DNA from: an uncultured Alphaproteobacteria bacterium
GTDB lineage: Bacteria > Pseudomonadota > Alphaproteobacteria > Rs-D84
Direction: 5' to 3'
DNA: 64,000 nt
Assembly (NCBI GenBank): GCA_944389185.1
Contig: CALXLL010000002.1
Location: 96,359-160,358, forward strand
Both the position numbers and the translations under genes were made by a program. The notes under the pieces are model-generated. The model saw nothing but the letters and a program-made list of their open reading frames with translations, was not told the origin of the DNA and made no database searches. Positions 58,298 to 64,000 of the stretch are shown here, piece by piece (position 1 is the first letter of the stretch; each line of letters starts with the position of its first letter).

Positions 58298-58717
58298 ATG
58301 TTAACGGGTTTAAGGATTTTTACCGCAGACAAAGTATGGAAAAAAATATTTTCCGAATTAAACGCTACTTTGGTTGATTCACCGGATATAATGACGCTTA
58401 ATTTTGACGAATTGAAATTCAATACGCCACTATCGTGCTTAGAGCTGAAGCGGTTGATTATCGATGCATTGGATAATACCAAGATTTTATATAAGATTTT
58501 CGGTAAGCGCGTAAAGCTGTCTGATTTACAAACACAGATATTAGTTTTGCTTTATAAATCTGGTGGAACAACAGTTTCTGATATAAAAAAATATTTGGGA
58601 TATTCACCTGATGTAGCAACCCACACAATAGATACGGCTATATATCAAATACGTAAAACTTTCGGAACTGGTTTTATAACAAACGAAGAAGGAGTTTATA
58701 AAATTGGCAAGTTATAA
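58298..58717 (+). CDS. Winged-helix (OmpR/PhoB trans_reg_C-like) DNA-binding protein without an intact receiver domain
   Basis: C-terminal LQTQILVLLYKSGGTTVSDIKKYLGYSPDVATHTIDTAIYQIRKTFGTGFITNEEGVYKIG matches the OmpR-type wHTH pattern. It overlaps the birA start by 14 nt. The start was chosen downstream of the terminator, and the SD is weak. Confidence 0.5.
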   Translation: MLTGLRIFTADKVWKKIFSELNATLVDSPDIMTLNFDELKFNTPLSCLELKRLIIDALDNTKILYKIFGKRVKLSDLQTQILVLLYKSGGTTVSDIKKYLGYSPDVATHTIDTAIYQIRKTFGTGFITNEEGVYKIGKL

Positions 58718-59369
58718 ATTGTTTTCTTTTGATAAAATACCAAGCACTCAGACTTATGCTTTGAATATGATAGCTGATGGGAAAATATCTGATCATACTA
58801 TTATATTAGCCGAAGCACAGTCTGCCGGCAGGGGAAGATATAAAAGACAATGGATTTCACATCACGGTAATTTATACGTAAGTTTCGTTTTTAAAATAGA
58901 AGAAAGAAATCCGAAACTTTCTTATCAAGTTGCAGTTGCTATTGCGGAAACGATATTGTCTTTTGGTATAAAACCAGTAATAAAATGGCCAAATGATATT
59001 TTGATAGACGATAAAAAGGTCAGCGGAACGATTATAGAATATTCAGGTGATTTCGTTGTTGTTGGAATCGGTATAAATATAAACTCTAACCCCACCGTTG
59101 AAAGTTATGAAACAACTAAATTGGCTGATTATAAAAAAGTTAATCGCGACGAATTATTAAACAAGCTTACAAAAAATATTGATAAATGGATGAATACAGA
59201 TTTTAAATTTGTTCGCAGTCGTTGGATGGATTTGGCCTGTCAAATAAATAAAAAAGTTAAGTATCGCGGTAATATAATGGATTTTATAGAAATAAATGAA
59301 AACGGGGCGTTGGTTTTGCGAAACGGTGATAAATATGTCATGGTTTATGGCGATGAAATAGGGGTATAA
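58704..59369 (+). CDS. birA: Biotin--[acetyl-CoA-carboxylase] ligase, group I (no N-terminal HTH)
   Basis: AEAQSAGRGRYKRQWIS (GRGRxGRxW box), KWPNDI and KVSGTIIE. TTG start with a GAAGGAG SD. Confidence 0.85.
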   Translation: MASYKLFSFDKIPSTQTYALNMIADGKISDHTIILAEAQSAGRGRYKRQWISHHGNLYVSFVFKIEERNPKLSYQVAVAIAETILSFGIKPVIKWPNDILIDDKKVSGTIIEYSGDFVVVGIGININSNPTVESYETTKLADYKKVNRDELLNKLTKNIDKWMNTDFKFVRSRWMDLACQINKKVKYRGNIMDFIEINENGALVLRNGDKYVMVYGDEIGV

Positions 59370-59391
59370 TTAATTTCGTGATTTTTTATTC

Positions 59392-59420
59392 TTGACTTTT
59401 ATTGAAAAATATGATACTAT
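59392..59420 (+). promoter_or_regulatory. Sigma70-type promoter immediately after birA
   Basis: TTGACT (59392-59397), N17, TACTAT (59415-59420). Confidence 0.5.
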
Positions 59421-59446
59421 TACCAGCATAAATAGAACGTATTGTG

Positions 59447-59471
59447 CCACAACATAGTTGTGGTTTTTTTT
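59447..59471 (+). terminator. Rho-independent terminator (first of a tandem pair)
   Basis: Hairpin CCACAAC-atag-TTGTGG followed by T8. Confidence 0.8.
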
Positions 59472-59476
59472 ATTTA

Positions 59477-59504
59477 AGTCGCACTTTTTGTGCGGCTTTT
59501 TTTA
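59477..59504 (+). terminator. Rho-independent terminator (second of the tandem pair)
   Basis: Hairpin AGTCGCAC-ttttt-GTGCGGCT followed by T7. Confidence 0.8.
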
Positions 59505-59519
59505 TTAAAGGTGTTGCTA

Positions 59520-59930
59520 ATGAATCTTCAATTGATAAAGAATCCCGACGAAAAAAAAGCAATAGTATATAAAATATCCAGAATTATCTATGCAGAAACA
59601 AAAGCAAATTCTTTGTTAGTTGTAGAAGCTTTGGCATCAATGATACGCAACTTACATATAGCAACAATGCAAAGATACGAAGACATAATTAACGATAAAG
59701 AATTATTTGAGTCGTTATCGAAAAATTCAAATCGTCATGCGTTATTATCAATAGATAGTAATAATAGAGCTTTTCAGATGTGCGTTCGTGTTGTTCAAAG
59801 AATGTTGAATGATGATTTGGAAGATAAGTGTTGCGGTGCTATAAGATTTCATCGTTCTGAAAAGCTTCCCGATTGGTCTTTGGATAAAGGCTATATTGCA
59901 GATATAGACGGATTGCTTTTTTATTTGTGA
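59520..59930 (+). CDS. SleB-like cell-wall hydrolase (probable endolysin)
   Basis: ISRIIYAETKAN...VEALASMIRN...GAIRFHRSEKLPDW...IDGLLFY follows the Hydrolase_2 (SleB) pattern. The ATG at 59520 is preferred over the GTG at 59490, which lies inside the terminator. Confidence 0.5.
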   Translation: MNLQLIKNPDEKKAIVYKISRIIYAETKANSLLVVEALASMIRNLHIATMQRYEDIINDKELFESLSKNSNRHALLSIDSNNRAFQMCVRVVQRMLNDDLEDKCCGAIRFHRSEKLPDWSLDKGYIADIDGLLFYL

Positions 59931-59937
59931 GATAAAT

Positions 59938-60159
59938 ATGAAAAAGATTATTAAAGGTGGGTTTCTGTCAGGACACAGAACATATATTTTATCCGGCATT
60001 GGTATTATATCGGCCATAGGAGCTTACCTTGTCGGAGACACAGATATATTTACAATGTTGCAAGCAATTTTTACATTAGGCGGTATTTATTTTTTAAGAA
60101 AATCAAATGAAACAAAAGGAAAAGAAAATGGAAAAGATTCCAGAAAAATTTCTAAATGA
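59938..60159 (+). CDS. Small two-TM protein, holin-like
   Basis: 73 aa, two hydrophobic helices plus a charged C-terminal tail. It directly follows the hydrolase gene. Confidence 0.4.
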   Translation: MKKIIKGGFLSGHRTYILSGIGIISAIGAYLVGDTDIFTMLQAIFTLGGIYFLRKSNETKGKENGKDSRKISK

Positions 60160-60784
60160 AGACGGAACGTTAAATACTGATGCTTTATTAAAATCGTATT
60201 CGGAACTAGAAAAAAAGATTGGTAATATGATAAGTATACCAACAGAAAATTCAGATGAAAATGTTCGTGCAAAGTTTAACAAAGCTATTGGTGTTCCCGA
60301 TGATGCATCTGAATATCCTGTTAACGAAATATTTGATGATGAAGCATTAAGACAAAAATTTCATGAAATAGGTTTAACAAAAAATCAAGTAGAAAAGATT
60401 TATGATATAGCCGAAGAATATTTATCACCTGTATTATCAGAATTATTTAGTTTGGAAAAAGAAACGAATGCTACTGCAGAATTAAAAAGTTTTTTTGGCG
60501 GTGAAGAAAAAATGTTAGACGCTTTGCGAGCGATAAAAAACTTTGGTGAAAGATTTTTACCGCAAGATGCATTTGATTCATTGTGCTCTACACCCCAGGG
60601 AATACAAAGCGTGTATAAGATGATGCAATCTATGGAACCGAACGTTTTAACAGATAAATCTTCGTCTGATATTTTATCTGATAGTGATTTAAGACGCATG
60701 ATGAAAGATCCAAAATATTGGCGAGACCAAGATCCAGAATACGTTCGTAAGATAGAAAATGGTTTTAAAAAATTATATTCGTAA
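60128..60784 (+). CDS. Phage scaffolding-like protein
   Basis: MEKIPEKFLNEDGTLNTDALLKSYSELEKKIG resembles N-termini of podovirus scaffold proteins. It is acidic and helical and sits upstream of the capsid gene. The start is moved to the ATG at 60128 with an AAAGGAAAAGAAA SD. Confidence 0.4.
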   Translation: MEKIPEKFLNEDGTLNTDALLKSYSELEKKIGNMISIPTENSDENVRAKFNKAIGVPDDASEYPVNEIFDDEALRQKFHEIGLTKNQVEKIYDIAEEYLSPVLSELFSLEKETNATAELKSFFGGEEKMLDALRAIKNFGERFLPQDAFDSLCSTPQGIQSVYKMMQSMEPNVLTDKSSSDILSDSDLRRMMKDPKYWRDQDPEYVRKIENGFKKLYS

Positions 60785-60886
60785 CAAAAAATGCACTTTC
60801 TTCTTTACTAAGTTTTTTCTTTAATATAAAATATAAAGTAAGAACAAAAAACTTTGTTCTATCCAAAAACTAAAAAGGAGAGACGA

Positions 60887-61225
60887 ATGGCATTCGGATT
60901 ATTCAAAAAAGCAGCTGCAAAAAAAACAGTTGCAAAGCCAGTAGCAAAGCCAGCTGCAAAAAAAGTTGCCGCAAAGAAACCTGCTGTTAAAAAAGCAGTT
61001 GCAAAAAAGCCAGCAGTAAAAAAAGTTGCTGTTAAAAAAGTAGCGGCTAAGAAACCTGCTGCAAAAAAAGTTGCTGTTAAAAAAGTAGCAGCCAAGAAAC
61101 CAGCTGCAAAAAAAGTTGCTGTTAAAAAAGTAGCGGCTAAGAAACCAGCTGCAAAAAAAGTTGCTGTTAAAAAAGTAGCAGCCAAGAAACCAGCTGCAAA
61201 GAAAACTTGTGCAAAAAGAAAATAA
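60887..61225 (+). CDS. Lys/Ala-rich histone-H1-like (AKKPAAKK-repeat) basic protein
   Basis: 113 aa composed almost entirely of (K/A/V/P) repeats. GGAGAGA SD, followed by two terminators. Confidence 0.65.
   Translation: MAFGLFKKAAAKKTVAKPVAKPAAKKVAAKKPAVKKAVAKKPAVKKVAVKKVAAKKPAAKKVAVKKVAAKKPAAKKVAVKKVAAKKPAAKKVAVKKVAAKKPAAKKTCAKRK
61019..61198 (+). repeat. Four tandem copies of a 45-bp coding repeat ([15 protein letters not shown])
   Basis: Units start at 61019, 61064, 61109 and 61154. Copies differ only by synonymous changes (gcggct vs gcagcc alternating between units, and cct only in unit 1 vs cca). Confidence 0.9.
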
Positions 61226-61230
61226 TATTT

Positions 61231-61254
61231 CCCCGCGTTATGCGGGGTTTTATT
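61231..61254 (+). terminator. Rho-independent terminator after the H1-like gene
   Basis: Hairpin CCCCGC-gttat-GCGGGG followed by a T run. Confidence 0.85.
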
Positions 61255-61264
61255 TAAATAAGAA

Positions 61265-61306
61265 AAATTCAGTTAGATAAAATTAAAGTCTAACTGAATT
61301 TTTTTA
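61265..61306 (+). terminator. Second hairpin terminator
   Basis: Stem ATTCAGTTAG ... CTAACTGAAT (10 bp) followed by T7. Confidence 0.7.
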
Positions 61307-61435
61307 TGGACAATCTCTAAAAAAAACGAGACCCGATAATTTTGTTTTATGGCGCATATTTTTGCATAACCAAAATACAAAAGTTCAAGCTGTGTAATTT
61401 TTAATCTTAATTAAATAAAGAATAAAGGAATAAAT

Positions 61436-62257
61436 ATGTCTGTTTCTGTAGATCAAGTTTTTATAAAACAATTTGAAGCGGACGTTCATTTAGCTTATCA
61501 GCAAATGGGCACAAAGCTTCGTTCTACTGTTCGCAGTAAATCAGGGGTTGTAGGTGCTTCTACGACTTTCCAGAAAGTAGGTAAGGGAACGGCCAGCACA
61601 AAGTCGCGTCATGGTATCGTTCCTGTTATGAATTTGAATCATGAACCAGTTGAATGCTTGCTGCAAGATTACTATGCTGGTGATTGGGTTGACGCTTTGG
61701 ATGAGTTAAAGACAAACGTTGACGAAAGAAGAGTTGTTGCTTCTGCAGGTGCATATGCTTTGGGTAGAAAGACAGATGAATTAATAATATCTGCTATGAA
61801 CGGTGCCACAACCGAAGTAGGTGATTATTCTACTGGTCTTACAAAAGATTTAATTTTGTCGGCATTAGAAGTCTTAAACACAAAAGACGTTCCAGATGAC
61901 GGTCGTCGCTTTGCCGTGGTTGGTGTTCGTCAATGGAACGAATTATTAGCAATGGATGAATTTGTTTCTGCCGATTATGTCGGTGATGATTTACCGCTTA
62001 TATCTGGTGGTTCTTCTAAAAAATGGTTAGGTATAACTTGGATTTTGCATAATGGTTTACCTGTATCTGAAGAAAATCGTGATTGCTTTATTTACCATTC
62101 TACAAGTGTCGGTCATGCATGCGGTCAAGAAGTAAAAACTGATATTTCTTGGCACGGTGAAAGAGCTGCTCACTTTATCAGTAACAGCATGTCTCAGGGT
62201 GCCGTATTGATTGATACAGATGGTATCGTCCGCGTTAAATGTCAAGAAGCGGCTTAA
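61436..62257 (+). CDS. Phage major capsid protein (small, ~30 kDa type)
   Basis: QVFIKQFEADVHLAYQQMGTKLRSTVR...FQKVGKGTA...HGIVPVMNLNHEPVEC...DWVDALDELKTNVDERR...GAYALGRKTDELII is a pattern I recognise from podovirus or prophage capsid genes. AAAGGAA SD. Confidence 0.6.
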   Translation: MSVSVDQVFIKQFEADVHLAYQQMGTKLRSTVRSKSGVVGASTTFQKVGKGTASTKSRHGIVPVMNLNHEPVECLLQDYYAGDWVDALDELKTNVDERRVVASAGAYALGRKTDELIISAMNGATTEVGDYSTGLTKDLILSALEVLNTKDVPDDGRRFAVVGVRQWNELLAMDEFVSADYVGDDLPLISGGSSKKWLGITWILHNGLPVSEENRDCFIYHSTSVGHACGQEVKTDISWHGERAAHFISNSMSQGAVLIDTDGIVRVKCQEAA

Positions 62258-62288
62258 GAAATATATTTATTAAAAAAGGAAAAAGATA

Positions 62289-62519
62289 ATGGCTTTTCAA
62301 AATAAAAACTTATCTGTCATAGCTTATGCAAATGGTTTTACTTTGTGGCATTATAGCGCAAAAGAAGCCATGACTGCGATAACCGCAGACAGCTATTTCG
62401 ACGACGTAAAAACTTTAATGAATACCGGTGATATAATAATAATTAATGCATCTGATAATACGTCCATAAAGAAAATTACAATTGATTCAAACATTGTTAA
62501 AACTGCTGCATTAGCTTAA
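62289..62519 (+). CDS. Small phage-associated protein (possible head decoration or cement protein)
   Basis: 76 aa with the AYANGFTLWHY motif, which I recall seeing next to this capsid type. A terminator follows. Confidence 0.4.
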   Translation: MAFQNKNLSVIAYANGFTLWHYSAKEAMTAITADSYFDDVKTLMNTGDIIIINASDNTSIKKITIDSNIVKTAALA

Positions 62520-62525
62520 TTGTGT

Positions 62526-62560
62526 GCGCAAGAGCCAATAAGACTCTTGCGCTTTTATTT
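62526..62560 (+). terminator. Rho-independent terminator after the capsid pair
   Basis: Hairpin GCGCAAGAG-ccaataaga-CTCTTGCGC followed by a T run. Confidence 0.8.
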
Positions 62561-62585
62561 ACGAATAATCATACAAGGATAAAAC

Positions 62586-63104
62586 ATGACAACAAAAATA
62601 GACTTATGTTCTATGGCTTTATTAAAGCTGGGTGAAAAACCTATACAGTCGCTGATAGATGATAGTGCGGCGGCTCAGTTAAGCAGAACTTTATTTGATA
62701 CGGTAATAGATAGTTTATTATCTATGCATCCTTGGCGGTTTGCGTGTAAAGCTTTTGAACTAAGCAGAAGCGCAGATGATGACTTTATCGTGCCGGCTGA
62801 TATTATCAGAGTTTTAAAATGTGACGGTGAAATAATAGGAAATAAAATTATTTATTCTGGTGAAAAGCTTTCTATTTTAGCAATTGTTAGAACGCCGGTA
62901 GAAGCTTTCCCCAGTTATTTTATTTCTTTGGCGGCGACAAGATTAGCTATGGAGTTTTGTATACCCTTACTTGCCGATCAAACGGTTTTTCGTATGTTAG
63001 TAGCTTTGTATGAAACCGAACTTCAATCGGCTAAGTTTATAGACAGCACGACTTCTTGCAATACAAGTATAGAAAACTTTTCTTTGATTAACGCACGTTT
63101 TTAG
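62586..63104 (+). CDS. Podovirus tail tubular protein A-like / head-tail adaptor-like protein
   Basis: N-terminal IDLCSMALLKLGEKPIQSLIDDSAAAQL matches the ...AL..LG...I.SL.D.S pattern of gp11-like proteins. About 170 aa, upstream of a tail-tube-B-like gene. Confidence 0.45.
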   Translation: MTTKIDLCSMALLKLGEKPIQSLIDDSAAAQLSRTLFDTVIDSLLSMHPWRFACKAFELSRSADDDFIVPADIIRVLKCDGEIIGNKIIYSGEKLSILAIVRTPVEAFPSYFISLAATRLAMEFCIPLLADQTVFRMLVALYETELQSAKFIDSTTSCNTSIENFSLINARF

Positions 63105-63121
63105 ACAAAAGGTTTTAAGAT

Positions 63122-64000
63122 ATGGCAGATTTTATAAACACTCAGAACTCTTTTGCGAAAGGTGAAGTTGCGCCGGAATTTTATGCTAAATCAAACATTG
63201 ACGGATTATCAAAACTTGAAAATATGGATGTTTTATCTGGTGGCGGTTTAAAACGAAGACCCGGTTTAAAATATCTTTCTGATTTAAGTTCTTCTGCCAG
63301 GTTGATACCTTTTTCTGTAAGTGAAACGGAAAACTATTTACTGGTTTTAACTGACGGTCACATACTTGTTTTTAACGATAGCATAAAAGTTCGAGATTTA
63401 ATTGCACCTTGGGCTTACAGTGATATTGATAAATTACAATATGCACAACGCTTTGGAACTATGATATTCGTTCATCCTGATTATAAGCCTCAGATATTAA
63501 AGAAAACTTCGGATTCATTCGAAATATCAGCTTTCCAGTTTTCAATAAACGAAGAAAATATGGACGTAAATATCCCTTTTATGAAGTTTGATGACGCCAG
63601 CGATATAAAGATAACAGTTTCTTCAAACAACCAAGGAAATAATTATGCTACATTTACAACAGATAAAGATTTTTGGGTTCCAGAAGATATAGACACAAAG
63701 ATATTAATGTTAGATAAGCAGTGGAGTATAACAGAATATAAAGATTCTAAAAATGTAATTGCTTATGTTAACGGACCGTATTCTGTTCCTGACAGTCCTG
63801 TATCAGATTGGCGAGAATCTGCGTTCAGCACAAAGCGTGGCTGGCCATGCAGTATAACATTCCATCAAGACAGGCTTGTTTTTGGAGGTTCTCGTTCTTG
63901 GTCAAGTGGCGTTTGGTTATCTCAGGTTGGTCGTCATAATAATTTTAGCGTCGGCACTGGCTTAGATGATGAAGCTATTTTTATTACTTTGCTTTCTCAG
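63122..64000 (+). CDS. Podovirus tail tubular protein B-like protein (5' part; runs off the right edge)
   Basis: SFAKGEVAPEFYAKSNIDGLSKLENMDVLSGGGLKRRPGL, QRFGTMIFVHPDYKPQIL and KRGWPCSITFHQDRLVFGGS motifs. The frame is open to position 64000. Confidence 0.5.
   Translation, partial: MADFINTQNSFAKGEVAPEFYAKSNIDGLSKLENMDVLSGGGLKRRPGLKYLSDLSSSARLIPFSVSETENYLLVLTDGHILVFNDSIKVRDLIAPWAYSDIDKLQYAQRFGTMIFVHPDYKPQILKKTSDSFEISAFQFSINEENMDVNIPFMKFDDASDIKITVSSNNQGNNYATFTTDKDFWVPEDIDTKILMLDKQWSITEYKDSKNVIAYVNGPYSVPDSPVSDWRESAFSTKRGWPCSITFHQDRLVFGGSRSWSSGVWLSQVGRHNNFSVGTGLDDEAIFITLLSQ

Noticed and set aside
59392-64000. An RcGTA-type gene transfer agent cluster.
   Set aside because: The gene content does not fit the conserved RcGTA order and families, which have an HK97-type ~400-aa capsid, a protease, a tape measure and so on. 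This region has a small capsid and T7-like tail-tube proteins.

Overview
The window is a visibly AT-rich bacterial chromosomal segment that uses the standard code (TGA, TAA and TAG all act as stops). It is densely packed with about 75 protein genes, 5 tRNAs and many clean rho-independent terminators.

Most of it is housekeeping:
- hemW (partial) and ornithine-lipid genes olsB-olsA
- proS, ldh, glyQS, valS, lgt
- the anaerobic ribonucleotide reductase operon nrdD-nrdG
- lptE-holA-map-radC, zapA, parC, rpmG
- an oleate hydratase, gap, miaA, priA, lpxI, birA
- an unusually large number of beta-barrel outer-membrane and lipoprotein genes

The gene set (olsBA, lpxI, lptE-holA, the small MTHDDIW-type HTH protein, parC) suggests an alphaproteobacterium-like organism. 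nrdDG, ldh and ferredoxin suggest an anaerobic or fermentative lifestyle. Both points are inference.

No CRISPR array, transposase, integrase or recognisable defence island is visible.

The most unusual loci are:
1. A phage-derived lysis, scaffold, capsid and tail-tube module starts abruptly after birA (about 59.4 kb to the window end). No integrase, terminase or portal is in view, and a Lys/Ala-rich histone-H1-like repeat gene is embedded in it.
2. The glycyl-radical loop of nrdD is encoded as a separate 60-codon cistron, one homopolymer nucleotide away from an in-frame fusion.
3. A self-contained promoter-to-terminator unit of about 185 nt (57.54-57.76 kb, minus strand) has long CU-rich loops and looks like an sRNA.
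4. tRNA-Ser(UGA) is preceded at exactly 160 bp by a degenerate copy of its own 5' half, with a GC-rich 116-nt filler between.
5. An orphan virB11-like ATPase has no other secretion genes nearby.

All functional calls rest on motif recognition by eye. No database search was run.
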